The position numbers were made by a program, and so were the translations under genes. This document shows, in pieces, positions 19,642 to 29,029 of a stretch of DNA of 64,000 nt (position 1 is its first letter; every line of letters begins with the position of its first letter). Below the pieces are notes generated by a model that worked only from the letters and a program-made list of their open reading frames with translations, did no database searches and was not told the origin of the DNA. This DNA comes from a virus. The stretch lies in the IMG/VR virus record IMGVR_UViG_3300021197_001584, positions 1 to 64,000 of that record; one strand, written 5' to 3'.

Positions 19642-19836
19642 TTATTGCTTCTTCTTCTTAAGGTTTGCTCTCCATTTTTTGCGAGCAAGACGCTTCTTTT
19701 CGGACTTCGAAGTGAAGTGTTTGTTGTCTCGGATTTCTTGCATGATTCCGAGCTTTTTGCATTTCTTTGTGAAACGCTTGATAAATCTTTCCATGTTCTC
19801 GCCTTTGCGAGGCTTGTCTTTAAAATTGGTAGCCAT
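19642..19836 (-). CDS. rpsU: Ribosomal protein bS21 (phage-encoded)
   Basis: 64 aa from MATNF; GENMERFIKRFTKKCKKLGIMQEIRDNKHFTSKSEKKR fits the bS21 pattern (E.....LRRFK..G...E.R...F.KPS..R). Confidence 0.85.
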   Translation of the reverse strand: MATNFKDKPRKGENMERFIKRFTKKCKKLGIMQEIRDNKHFTSKSEKKRLARKKWRANLKKKKQ

Positions 19837-19838
19837 TG

Positions 19839-20264
19839 TTATCCCTTTGCTAATTTTGACCATAGAGCCGAAGATGTTCCGAAAGCTGACAAGTCAACGC
19901 CGGGATCATTTGGTGCAACGCCATCAAGAGCTTTCGCTCCTTGTGGTGATGTTGCTGATCTCCCGCTATCTCTGCTAGACAAAGGCGTTGTTCCTTCGAA
20001 CAAGTCGACTCCGTTAAAAGAGTCTCTACCAATTGAGTCAAGCATTTTGCGACGTTGTTCTTTACGCTTCCGCTCTTGGGCTTCGTAATCGATTTGTGGT
20101 TTTTGATAAGTTGGTTGTGCTTGAGTCTCGACGATACGCTGACCACCAGTCCCTTTCACAACCTCTGAAATAATTCCGGAGAGAACTCCTTCTTCAAAGA
20201 TTACTTCTTTTATGCACTCTTTTATGAGTGGCTTTAAAGTTTTTCTTAATTGTTCTTTGTTCAT
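19839..20264 (-). CDS. Hypothetical head-module protein
   Basis: 141 aa; N-terminus LKPLIKECIKEV resembles the shared leader motif. Confidence 0.55.
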   Translation of the reverse strand: MNKEQLRKTLKPLIKECIKEVIFEEGVLSGIISEVVKGTGGQRIVETQAQPTYQKPQIDYEAQERKRKEQRRKMLDSIGRDSFNGVDLFEGTTPLSSRDSGRSATSPQGAKALDGVAPNDPGVDLSAFGTSSALWSKLAKG

Positions 20265-20888
20265 TTAGTCTCCAAGAATCTTCTTAAATAGATTGTCAAT
20301 GTTATTTTCTTTTTGTTCTCGCAACTTTGTTGAGAAACGAGATGGCTTATTAGGGCCTCCTTTCGGATAAACATAGGCATCTGGCGTTGACGGTTCTGAC
20401 ACAATGTCAAAGCAGATAAGTTGGAAATCTTCTTGAACAACGGTCTGTCCTCTTGACTCTGATACGGATCCAAGTCCACGAGATGAAATTCCAAGTTTCA
20501 CACCAGCATTGATGAGGTCCTTTAGAATTCTACCGCTAGGAGTGTCGAGGATCTTGATCTTGCCCATTACATCTCTTCCCTCCCACCAACACTCTGTGAC
20601 GATGTGAGAAACGTTTTTAAGGTTAATTACGGAGTCGTCAGGGTGATCTAATTCACCTGTCGCTCTGTTATCCTTGATAATTTTTTGATAGTTTTCGATT
20701 TCACGTTTGAGGACTTTGTCTGGATACACACGACCATTACCGTTTTGCTTCTCGGCAGTTTGGATGCGACCAGTTAAGTACATCGCACCATTGTCTGTGA
20801 TGTCTCTCTTTTCTCTTTCGGTAAGCAAGTCTTGACACATTCCATCTGGACATAGTGCATGAAATTCTCTTAGCAATTTTTTTGACAT
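20265..20888 (-). CDS. Prohead protease (T4 gp21-like)
   Basis: NGNGRVYP, GELDHP, TPSG, GISSRGLGS and FDIVSEPST motifs; start taken at MSKKLLRE. Confidence 0.92.
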   Translation of the reverse strand: MSKKLLREFHALCPDGMCQDLLTEREKRDITDNGAMYLTGRIQTAEKQNGNGRVYPDKVLKREIENYQKIIKDNRATGELDHPDDSVINLKNVSHIVTECWWEGRDVMGKIKILDTPSGRILKDLINAGVKLGISSRGLGSVSESRGQTVVQEDFQLICFDIVSEPSTPDAYVYPKGGPNKPSRFSTKLREQKENNIDNLFKKILGD

Positions 20889-20901
20889 TTCTTTCTCCAA
20901 T

Positions 20902-20948
20902 AAAAAAACGGGCAGAGATTAACTCCGCCCTTAGCGGGCACTACCCGC
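20902..20948 (-). terminator. Double hairpin ending in an intrinsic terminator
   Basis: GCGGG-TAGTG-CCCGC, then GGGCGGAG-TTAAT-CTCTGCCC plus GT7 on the minus strand. Confidence 0.65.
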
Positions 20949-20953
20949 GCGAG

Positions 20954-21013
20954 CTAGGAGCCGCTGCAACAGCGACGGACAGGTTGTAAAACCCAGCGCT
21001 TAATCATCAACAT
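20954..21013 (-). CDS. Putative 19-aa peptide MLMIKRWVLQPVRRCCSGS
   Basis: Read directly. ATG preceded by GGGGGTGAG, overlaps the upstream stop, ends in TAG just before the hairpins; below the ORF-track cutoff. Confidence 0.5.
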   Translation of the reverse strand: MLMIKRWVLQPVRRCCSGS

Positions 21014-21329
21014 GCTCACCCCCTGATCTTGATGATAGTCTAAGGCCGAAATCATCGACCAAGACCGAAATTAAATAGGATGTTCCAGCTGACAAACAGC
21101 CAAGCAGGAACGCATTCACGAATGAACGCTCGTAACTAAATAGTTCAGTATACGGAGAAAGGCATGAAATAAACACACCAGTCCAGAAGCCCATGCATAA
21201 CGGACAGTTCCATAGAGTGTTCCACTTCTTTGTATAGTCTTTTTTTGGCCTGATGTCTTCAAAGATTTTTCCGTAGACCATGATAAAAGTCATGCCGTAG
21301 CAAATCAAGATAAAATGTAGTGTGCCCAA
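21000..21329 (-). CDS. Small membrane protein with CxxC (DUF1360-like)
   Basis: About 3 hydrophobic segments and WNCPLCMGFWTG. TTG start inferred from a GAGG SD just after the upstream stop. Confidence 0.55.
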   Translation of the reverse strand: MGTLHFILICYGMTFIMVYGKIFEDIRPKKDYTKKWNTLWNCPLCMGFWTGVFISCLSPYTELFSYERSFVNAFLLGCLSAGTSYLISVLVDDFGLRLSSRSGGEHVDD

Positions 21330-21339
21330 GAGAACCTCG

Positions 21340-21975
21340 TTAGTAAGTGTAGCGGCCGTAGAGATAGGGAGCAAACAAGTTTCGTTGACGGATAGATCCC
21401 TTTTGATCTTCATGAGGGACCTCGCCAAGCTCTGTTGAGTATTCTCCATCAGGATTGACCATGTGCTTCTCTACGTCTTCATCGTGACCCTTGAGTCGCT
21501 TGACGTAAGGCTCTTCGTCCTTCATCCATTCGTGAATTGCTAGCAACGTAATCTTGTTTACATCGTGCTCTTTGGCATCCATGAGTTTGCCTTCCATGGA
21601 TCCATAGATGTTCCCGCCTTGAATTGAGTCAAATTCGAGTACACCTTTCTTTCTTAGAAACTCAAACAATCTAGATTCAGCACCATAGACGAAGTCTGAA
21701 TTCATTTCTTTGGCAAATGCCGTGACCTTTCGGTCTTTCTGATTGAGTACGATATCGATGTCTCTGTGAGCGAAGATCATGAGGTCTCCATTAACTGCTG
21801 ATTTTGCTTGAAGTTCGAACTCAATACGTTCTTTGTCTAGGATCTCGATCTTCACAGTTGGTTCCTGAGGTTCTTCCGGTCGATCAACTTGCTTGATTTT
21901 AATCTTTATGTTTGAACCTTCTTCTTCCGCTTCAACGATTGGCTCTTCTCGAGTAACTTTGACTTTAACTGACAT
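21340..21975 (-). CDS. Hypothetical protein (head module)
   Basis: 211-aa ORF tightly packed in the operon. Confidence 0.6.
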   Translation of the reverse strand: MSVKVKVTREEPIVEAEEEGSNIKIKIKQVDRPEEPQEPTVKIEILDKERIEFELQAKSAVNGDLMIFAHRDIDIVLNQKDRKVTAFAKEMNSDFVYGAESRLFEFLRKKGVLEFDSIQGGNIYGSMEGKLMDAKEHDVNKITLLAIHEWMKDEEPYVKRLKGHDEDVEKHMVNPDGEYSTELGEVPHEDQKGSIRQRNLFAPYLYGRYTY

Positions 21976-22780
21976 TGCGCTTTACCTCCGCTAAAAGGTC
22001 TTGAATGTAAAATATCTCTTCGACTACGGCCTCATTTAAAGGCTGAGATGCGTAGTTGTCCAGCTTTGCCTTAACTTTTTTAAAATTTTCATTTAAGGCA
22101 CTATTACGTCCTTCTACAATCTCGGCGCTTACGGCTTCTTTGAGACGTCCGATTTCCGAATTTAGATAAGACTTAAGTCCCAATCCATTATCGGAAAATG
22201 ATGTAATAAAGTTTGTCAAAAGCTCTTTCTGCTCTGTTAACAAAGAATGTTCATAAGTGTCGTTAAATCTGTTAACGAACATTTTGAATTCTAACTTGTC
22301 GAGATGTTTCATTTCTGTTAAAACCTTTTCTGATCTACAAAGGTATCTCACACAATTGTCTTCAAGCATTATGCGCTTCTTTGCAGAGAGATTGTCTTGT
22401 TGCAAGAACAAGCCTACTGTTGCAAGGTCTTTGTAGTTTGGAACGAAGATCCCAAATGAGTCAGAACCCAGTGCTTTATTGATTCTGTTAATGAGCTTTG
22501 TTTGCTCATTGAACACTTCTCTTCGATCTATGGAATCAAAGTCCTTCTTTGTTTCAGCCAATAGACGGCGTGAGTAATTAGCTTTCAAATCCTTTGACTC
22601 AAGAAGAGATCGATAGATCTCAAGTTCACGAGCTAGTGTTGTTCCTTTTGTAAAGAACTCTTTTAGGATTGCTTTTACGATTTGCTGCTCTTGTTTGTTT
22701 TCGCGAATGACAGACTTTGTCAATGAGCGAACAAGGCATTCGTAAAGAAAAGCGGTATTTCTTTTCTTATTGTGTTTCAT
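21965..22780 (-). CDS. Hypothetical helical protein downstream of the portal (possible prohead core component)
   Basis: 271 aa starting MKHNKKRNT; AGGAG SD; overlaps both neighbours. Confidence 0.6.
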   Translation of the reverse strand: MKHNKKRNTAFLYECLVRSLTKSVIRENKQEQQIVKAILKEFFTKGTTLARELEIYRSLLESKDLKANYSRRLLAETKKDFDSIDRREVFNEQTKLINRINKALGSDSFGIFVPNYKDLATVGLFLQQDNLSAKKRIMLEDNCVRYLCRSEKVLTEMKHLDKLEFKMFVNRFNDTYEHSLLTEQKELLTNFITSFSDNGLGLKSYLNSEIGRLKEAVSAEIVEGRNSALNENFKKVKAKLDNYASQPLNEAVVEEIFYIQDLLAEVKRNVS

Positions 22781-24659
22781 CCTGATCTCCTTTCATGGTT
22801 AGTGATTCTAATAGTGTTCTAATTTCAGCTTCAGATTTAAATAGTTGGCTTTCTTCGAAATCGGTAGATTCTGTTACACCTCGAGCTAATGAGTCTAAAC
22901 CACCAAATCCGACTTTGCCGGGAAAGGTCTTGCGAGCAGTTCCGATCTCACCAGAAGCAGTGTTGTTCATTTGTTTTTTCATTCCACCTTTTCTATAAGT
23001 CAACTTGTGCCGCTTGTAAGGTCCTCGGGGTTTTGCATCATCATCACGCTTTGCTGGAGGTTCTGCCATTAGATCGGGTTCGCCACCAGAATCACCACCA
23101 GCGTCATCGCCAGCGTCATCGCTTCCTGTATCTAAGTCCCCACCTAAATCATCCCCGCCTAGGTCGAGGTCTCCACCTCCACCGCCAGAGTCACCGCCGC
23201 CTTCATCTCCTTGACCAGCCCCTTCGAGAGCGTTCATGAACTTCTTATCGCTAAACATTTCACGTTGCATTCGCAAGTATTCTTCTTGTGACAAACCGAG
23301 TAAGTTTTCAGAAACCCAACGACGAGAGAAGTAGCCTTCTGTTGCTGCTCCTGCAATGTCAAACTTTGTCTTCCAATGTTCGAGTTCTTGCATCTCGGCA
23401 ATCTTTGATGGATTATTAAGACGAAGCTTGAAGTTCAACAGATCATCATCGCGATATCCCATTGTGTAAAGATGAACAATTCCAACTTTCTCAAGTTCCG
23501 AAATGAGAACTCGTTGAAGTCTCTGAATGGTTCTTGCGAATCGGATGTCCTTTTGAGCAAGAGTTGTCTTGTCTTCAGTTGCTCCTTCACCCATCGATAG
23601 ATATGATTGTGGAACTTTGAGAGCAGAAAATAGTTTGTCTCGAAGATATTTGACATCTTCGATCTGTGCTGTAAATTGTCCTCCAGGAAGGTTCTCAATG
23701 TTCGTAGAGGACTGTCCGCCTCTAACTGGGATAAAGTAGTCCTCTTCAATCGAAAGTGGGTTGTAGCGTAAATCTACGCGACCTGTGGTTGGGTCAACAA
23801 CTTGGTGACGCTTCATCTGAGTCATGACTTTTTGCATGTATTGTTCAACGTCTTGAGGTGCGATTCCACCAACGTCAATCTTGAAAACACGACGCTCTGG
23901 TGAGCGAGTGATTCTGTAAGCCATCATGGCATCTTCCAATAGCGTAAGTTGTCTCCAGATCCGTCTAGCGGGCTCTAGGACGCTTGTTCCGTAAGGAGCA
24001 TGTTTGTCATTACCTAACACTCTAAAGTGCGCTATTTGCCAATTTTCGAGCGTTAAAGAGGCATTGTTCCATTGGTATTGAACATAGTTGGGATTTGTTG
24101 GATCCTCGCCTTCAAGTCTCTCGACTTCTTGAGGAGGAAGTCCGATGCAGTTTTGGATTCCTTTGCTCTCGTCAATGTCGAGATAGACAAATAGGTCTCC
24201 GTACTTACACATGGTTCTCGCCCAGCCGAAGAGGTTGTGTTCAACATTCATGATGTTGTAGTAAAGATTGTGCAAAATGTATTTGATTTCATCATTTGTG
24301 CAATTGATGTGGAGCATTGGAGTCAATGCTGAGTGAGTTGTCATCTCGTCTGCGTAAATGTCGAGAGAAGATGCAATCTCTGGTGTAAATTCCATTTGGT
24401 CGAAATCGATGTAACGCTCTGCTCGGTTTCTGTTCGAGATCATGTTGAGCGTCATGATGTTCATTGGGTTGTATTCGGTCTTCTTGAACTGCTGACCTGA
24501 TGCGGACTTGAAACGCTTTGCGTAAATATCCAAGTGGCGTCGTCGGAGTTGTCGTCCTGATTGTGTTCGTCGTTGGGTCAGAGGCCCCGAGAACATTCTA
24601 GTTAAAGCTTTGAATAAATCGTTTTGATTGTTATTCGGGTTTCTTTCGTTGCGAGCCAT
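22767..24659 (-). CDS. Portal protein (T4 gp20-like)
   Basis: 630 aa; PYGTSVLEPARRIWRQL.LLEDAMMAYRITRSPERRVFKIDVG, EEDYFIPVRG, LFSALKVP. Confidence 0.95.
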   Translation of the reverse strand: MARNERNPNNNQNDLFKALTRMFSGPLTQRRTQSGRQLRRRHLDIYAKRFKSASGQQFKKTEYNPMNIMTLNMISNRNRAERYIDFDQMEFTPEIASSLDIYADEMTTHSALTPMLHINCTNDEIKYILHNLYYNIMNVEHNLFGWARTMCKYGDLFVYLDIDESKGIQNCIGLPPQEVERLEGEDPTNPNYVQYQWNNASLTLENWQIAHFRVLGNDKHAPYGTSVLEPARRIWRQLTLLEDAMMAYRITRSPERRVFKIDVGGIAPQDVEQYMQKVMTQMKRHQVVDPTTGRVDLRYNPLSIEEDYFIPVRGGQSSTNIENLPGGQFTAQIEDVKYLRDKLFSALKVPQSYLSMGEGATEDKTTLAQKDIRFARTIQRLQRVLISELEKVGIVHLYTMGYRDDDLLNFKLRLNNPSKIAEMQELEHWKTKFDIAGAATEGYFSRRWVSENLLGLSQEEYLRMQREMFSDKKFMNALEGAGQGDEGGGDSGGGGGDLDLGGDDLGGDLDTGSDDAGDDAGGDSGGEPDLMAEPPAKRDDDAKPRGPYKRHKLTYRKGGMKKQMNNTASGEIGTARKTFPGKVGFGGLDSLARGVTESTDFEESQLFKSEAEIRTLLESLTMKGDQDETQ

Positions 24660-24662
24660 TTT

Positions 24663-26240
24663 CTATCCTTTGTAAATCCAGAGAAATTCTTTTGTCTTCT
24701 CTATTTCCTCCCTATGTTTTTCGTTAAACGTTTCGTTATAGAACTTTTGACCTTTGATTTGCGTGTTCATGGTTGTGGTGCTTTTAAAAACACCTCCAAG
24801 CATTGCTTTCTTATATGCCATGTCTCGTTCGTTTTCAGCCAAGGCAGTGTCTCTAACCCAGCAAGCGATTGCCAAAGACATTACGAGATCATCATTGTAA
24901 GAACGCATTGCTTGAGGTTTACCATTGAACCAAATAAAAGTCTTCAATTCGTGAAAAACTCTAGCGGAGTGCATAGTAATTAGTTTGTTTCTGACGTACT
25001 CCTCCAATTTAGCCACGATTAAAGGTCTTGTTTTGGTAGATGTGGTGAAGCCCATGACTGCTCGGTCGTCATTCTCAGCAAGGTAGGCTTCGACATATTC
25101 GTGAGTTGACTTGATAGAATAGTAAAGTTTTTTATAATTCATATCTTTTAGCTTCTCGAGAACAGCAATTCCAACACCAACATTTTCAACAACGAGCAAA
25201 CATGTGCCATACTCTGTTCCTGCATCATAAAGGATCTTTGAGTACATGTCAAGGTCTGGTTTGCCTTGATATTCTGCAACAACAGTCATTGTGTCAACGC
25301 GGAGGATGTGAAAGCAACTATAGTCAGCTCCGTCACCTCGAGCAACATCGGCCGACAAAAGGTAAGGAACGCCTTCTTCAAATTTTTCCCAAATCCAAAA
25401 GTTACGATCATAGCCCACTCGATATTGTGGATCGCAGACATCGCTATGGATTCTCTGTAGATCCTCGGGATTAACAACAGTCTCACCAGAAGCATTGAAT
25501 GAGCACTCCAACTCCTGTGCGATTTGTCTCTTGGACATGTTGTTTGTCTCTTTGTCGAACCATGCTTGGTCTCGATCTGGGTGAACATCCCAATGGAGTT
25601 TCGTTGGAAAGAAATCGTTGTTCCCTGATTCAGATTCCGTGTAGGTTTTGTGGAACCAGTTTCCAACGCCGTTAGGGGTGCTTAGAGCGATGCAGCGGCC
25701 CCCTGTAGACAAAGTAGGGTAAAGACCCGTCCAAAGCTCGTCGAGGCCGTCAACGAACGCTGCCTCGTCTATAATAAGAAGCGACAAAGCTTCCGAACGA
25801 CCAGCGTCACCTGATGTGGTTCCAGCTTTTACTTGAGAGCCGTTTGTAAGTTCGAATGATTGTTTGTTGTCCGTTTGGATCTTTGCGATTAGCATCCAAG
25901 ACGGAAGGTTCTTGAAGATCATCTTGACCTTCTTTACAAGATTTGTTGCTGTGGATAGTTTGGTTGCGATGACGAGAACATTCTTTTCTCGGTGAAATAA
26001 CATAAACCAAGCAACATAGGCAGCCGAGATGGTTGAGATCCCGAGCTGTCTTGCTTTTAAGATTACGTTAAAACGATAATCGTTAAAGGACTTGAGCATG
26101 TCTTTCTGATAGTCATAAGTCTTGAAAGGAATTTGACCATGCATAGGATGCGAGATCTTACAATAATTGTCAATGAAGTATTGAGGATCCTTTCCGCACT
26201 TTACAAGTTCTTTAACGATTTCATTTTTTGTAAGTTTCAT
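24663..26240 (-). CDS. Terminase large subunit (T4 gp17-like)
   Basis: 525 aa; KARQLGIST (Walker A), LLIIDEAAF (Walker B), STPNG, nuclease DVARG..D and DDLVMSLA. Confidence 0.95.
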   Translation of the reverse strand: MKLTKNEIVKELVKCGKDPQYFIDNYCKISHPMHGQIPFKTYDYQKDMLKSFNDYRFNVILKARQLGISTISAAYVAWFMLFHREKNVLVIATKLSTATNLVKKVKMIFKNLPSWMLIAKIQTDNKQSFELTNGSQVKAGTTSGDAGRSEALSLLIIDEAAFVDGLDELWTGLYPTLSTGGRCIALSTPNGVGNWFHKTYTESESGNNDFFPTKLHWDVHPDRDQAWFDKETNNMSKRQIAQELECSFNASGETVVNPEDLQRIHSDVCDPQYRVGYDRNFWIWEKFEEGVPYLLSADVARGDGADYSCFHILRVDTMTVVAEYQGKPDLDMYSKILYDAGTEYGTCLLVVENVGVGIAVLEKLKDMNYKKLYYSIKSTHEYVEAYLAENDDRAVMGFTTSTKTRPLIVAKLEEYVRNKLITMHSARVFHELKTFIWFNGKPQAMRSYNDDLVMSLAIACWVRDTALAENERDMAYKKAMLGGVFKSTTTMNTQIKGQKFYNETFNEKHREEIEKTKEFLWIYKG

Positions 26241-26252
26241 TTTTGGTGAGTT

Positions 26253-26771
26253 TTAATTTCGATTCATAACCGTGCCTCTTTCATCTTGAGACAATCTTAA
26301 GATTTCATTAAATTCTTCTCTAATCCTCTTTTTTTCTCTTTGCATCGTTGGTTTACTGCTCCCACTGCAGTAATGATTGATCTTATTACTGTATAGGCGT
26401 AAAATCCCACTCATAATTCTTGCATCGCAGGGGTCGATTTTTTTAGATTCAATGGCATCGAACAAATATTTTTCTTGTTCATCGGCAGTGGGAAACCTAG
26501 ATTTCATGTTGAATGCATTCTTGAATGCATTCAAACCTGCTTTTTTTAAATTTTTAGATGTAAGCTCTGGATTGTCGTCAAAGGGGTCTAATGGTTGTCC
26601 AGATGGACCTAGTGGAATAAATTCGAATGACTCTGGTGCTTGTTGTTGAGGCTCTTCCTTATTCTTTTTTTTCCCAAAACCGAAGAATCCTTCGTCAAGA
26701 TCTTGTTCGTTAACAACGGCGTCAAGCTCTTCTTTGATGATTCGTTTTAAAGTTTCTTTTGTAAGTTTCAT
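26253..26771 (-). CDS. Hypothetical protein with MKLTKETLKRIIKEEL leader
   Basis: 172 aa; ATGA overlap with the upstream gene. Confidence 0.65.
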   Translation of the reverse strand: MKLTKETLKRIIKEELDAVVNEQDLDEGFFGFGKKKNKEEPQQQAPESFEFIPLGPSGQPLDPFDDNPELTSKNLKKAGLNAFKNAFNMKSRFPTADEQEKYLFDAIESKKIDPCDARIMSGILRLYSNKINHYCSGSSKPTMQREKKRIREEFNEILRLSQDERGTVMNRN

Positions 26772-27328
26772 TTTTGATTATCTCCAGCCTTAATCTTTTC
26801 GTTTTGAGGACGCTTTGCTTTTGCGAACTCTAAAAACTTTTTTGTAATGTCATTAGTGGTATTTTCCGAAGGCTCCAACATCTCATCCATTTGTAAGCCG
26901 CCAATCTTGTAGTGTTGATAGGCTTGAACAAATGTTCGAACGTTTGAGGTTGTCTGAACGATAACCTGTGGTTCGCCCTTTGCAGTCAAGGAGACAGACT
27001 TTCCAGTGATTGCTTTGTATTCTTTTTGTAAGAACTTCTTAACTTCATTAATGGTTCTCATGATTTCATTTTCAAAACCACTTTCTTTCAAGTCTCGCAT
27101 CATGACATCTGATTGGTAATTGATGATCATGGAGTTTCCGTAAAACTTTACTTTAAAGCCATCGATGACTCGCTTGTCGAGCAAAGGGATGCCTTGCTCT
27201 CGCATAAGTCCGGTCTTTCGTGCTTTGCCATCATGGGAGTAGTTCTCCATGTGTTGTCCGCCGTCGTATGAACCGTTGGCGGCTGCTTGGGAAAGTCCCT
27301 GTATGATTTCTAATGTTTCTTTGCTCAT
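26768..27328 (-). CDS. Hypothetical protein
   Basis: 186-aa ORF in the operon; GAGG SD. Confidence 0.6.
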   Translation of the reverse strand: MSKETLEIIQGLSQAAANGSYDGGQHMENYSHDGKARKTGLMREQGIPLLDKRVIDGFKVKFYGNSMIINYQSDVMMRDLKESGFENEIMRTINEVKKFLQKEYKAITGKSVSLTAKGEPQVIVQTTSNVRTFVQAYQHYKIGGLQMDEMLEPSENTTNDITKKFLEFAKAKRPQNEKIKAGDNQK

Positions 27329-27344
27329 TTGTTTTTAGCCTCTT

Positions 27345-27656
27345 TTATTGATTCATTTTTTCTTTGATTGCCGAAACTAATTTCTGCACTTCTGGTGGGA
27401 GAGTCTGGATATAATCCGTTGCCATCTCGCTACCCTGGACAAGAATGGTTCCAGGAGAACCATCTTTTGGATAATAAGCTATAACATTTGTTCCTCTATC
27501 ATCTACAACTTTAATTTGGTCACCAAGACCTAGTTTTTCTGCAGCTAATTTGGCAAACTCCATAACGTCTGCGCCCATGTCTTCTGGTCCTTCCGCCATC
27601 ACTGCAGCTAATTCTTCTTTGATGATTTGTTTTAATGTTTGCTTTGTAAGTTTCAT
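27345..27656 (-). CDS. Hypothetical protein with MKLTKQTLKQIIKEEL leader
   Basis: 103 aa; start reassigned to the ATGA overlap with a GGAG SD. Confidence 0.65.
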   Translation of the reverse strand: MKLTKQTLKQIIKEELAAVMAEGPEDMGADVMEFAKLAAEKLGLGDQIKVVDDRGTNVIAYYPKDGSPGTILVQGSEMATDYIQTLPPEVQKLVSAIKEKMNQ

Positions 27657-28021
27657 TTGTTTGGTCTCCAGCCTTTTTTCCATCTTTCTTCTCGGCCTTC
27701 TATCCATTGGATGTAACATTTGTAGCAACAATCAAATTTCGTCATGTAAAGATCATCAACGGATTTGAATGAATAAGTGTTGCAAGTTGGACATGAACGC
27801 TCGGATTCTTTATTAAGTAGTTCTTTTGAGATTAAAACTCCATCTAGATCTACCTTTTGAGCCTCGGCTTTACCAAGTCTATAGTTGGACTTGAGTTCGT
27901 CGAGATACTCTTTTTCTTTCTCGTCATCCCAGTGGGACTTGGGATTGGCTACTGCTTCTTGGCCGTACTTTTCTGCAATTGCTTTTTCGACCTTTACGGC
28001 GTAATTTGGATCTTTGCTCAT
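27653..28021 (-). CDS. Putative zinc-binding protein
   Basis: 122 aa; CPTC..CCYKC. Confidence 0.55.
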   Translation of the reverse strand: MSKDPNYAVKVEKAIAEKYGQEAVANPKSHWDDEKEKEYLDELKSNYRLGKAEAQKVDLDGVLISKELLNKESERSCPTCNTYSFKSVDDLYMTKFDCCYKCYIQWIEGREERWKKGWRPNK

Positions 28022-28428
28022 TTAACACTCACTTCTATTTGATTTGCAGCATAGTAAGTCAAAAGAGATGCTGATGTTCCGAGGACAAAGCCACCGAAGA
28101 ACACCCAAGTTTGCCTTTTGGTGTTTGAGTTTCTTCTAAGAACCTCGATCTCTTCGTCTTTGATTTCGATCATCGCATCGTATTTTGTTTGCAATGCTGT
28201 CTTTTCTATATCTAAATAGTCAATTTGACGCTGTTTTTCCGCAAGTTGAAGTGAAAAATCTAAAGCAGCATTGATCGTACACTGTTCTTCTGTGAACTCT
28301 TTCATGGCTATTATAGATACAACCGCCTCATCATTAAACAGTCTACCGGCAAAAGGTGCAACTTCTCCTTCAGATAAAGGAGTCATCAACGGGGTTGCAG
28401 TTGCGAGTGCAGTCAAAAGCCAAATCAT
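28018..28428 (-). CDS. Exported/membrane coiled-coil protein (spanin-like candidate)
   Basis: N-terminal signal-like segment, coiled coil and a C-terminal TM (WVFFGGFVLG). Confidence 0.45.
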   Translation of the reverse strand: MIWLLTALATATPLMTPLSEGEVAPFAGRLFNDEAVVSIIAMKEFTEEQCTINAALDFSLQLAEKQRQIDYLDIEKTALQTKYDAMIEIKDEEIEVLRRNSNTKRQTWVFFGGFVLGTSASLLTYYAANQIEVSVK

Positions 28429-28814
28429 TTTAGCCTCGAGATGTTTAACTCTTCCATTAGAATGCGATCAATGGCATCCGGGTCTTCCTTGGCTAGCTCA
28501 ATCAATTCAAGCTTTCGATTTACCGTCTCTCTCTCGAGTTCGGTCTGGGCTTGTCTATGTTGTCTTCTCAAGGCTGTTCGAGACTGCATGTATTTTTTGT
28601 TGGCTCGAGCAAGTCTCAACTTTTCCTCAGCTGAAATCTCTTCGATTACTTCAATTTCTTTTTCTTTTGCTTTGACGGTTGCTTCTGCGGCTTCGACTTG
28701 CTTCTCTTTACTTTTACGTCCGAGAACGAAAACGGTCAATACGACAACACCGGAAGCGATCAGCTCCCACTTATCCTTAATCCAATCCCACTTATCCTTA
28801 ATCCAGTTCGACAT
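28425..28814 (-). CDS. N-terminal TM plus coiled coil (i-spanin-like candidate)
   Basis: Starts MSNWIKDKWDWIKDKW; TM LIASGVVVLTVFVLG; charged coiled coil. Confidence 0.45.
   Translation of the reverse strand: MSNWIKDKWDWIKDKWELIASGVVVLTVFVLGRKSKEKQVEAAEATVKAKEKEIEVIEEISAEEKLRLARANKKYMQSRTALRRQHRQAQTELERETVNRKLELIELAKEDPDAIDRILMEELNISRLK
28765..28805. repeat. 21-nt-period tandem duplication
   Basis: TCCCACTTATCCTTAATCCA occurs twice and encodes WIKDKW(D/E) twice. Confidence 0.85.
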
Positions 28815-29029
28815 TATCCGTGCCTCCATGTTCTTGCGAAGTCAATCGCAGTTTGGCCACCAATATAAGTCATGGCAATCATTCCCCATGTTTCGGCATC
28901 GAGACCAACGCCCAAATACAAAAGGGCAGTAGCGACAGCGAACACAAGGAGCTTTCGTGAAATTGCCCTCTCCATTACGCTATCGATAATGCCCTTCTTT
29001 TCATTTTTATTCTCATTAGAGTCTTGCAT
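28814..29029 (-). CDS. Putative holin (2 TM)
   Basis: 71 aa; SRKLLVFAVATALL..WGMIAMTYIGGQ; late motif and AAGGAG upstream. Confidence 0.55.
   Translation of the reverse strand: MQDSNENKNEKKGIIDSVMERAISRKLLVFAVATALLYLGVGLDAETWGMIAMTYIGGQTAIDFARTWRHG

Noticed and set aside
20934-20956. TAG followed by a hairpin as a pyrrolysine/selenocysteine-type or readthrough signal
   Set aside because: The stop is TAG, not TGA; no suppressor tRNA is visible; the readthrough product is short and featureless; the hairpins fit termination.
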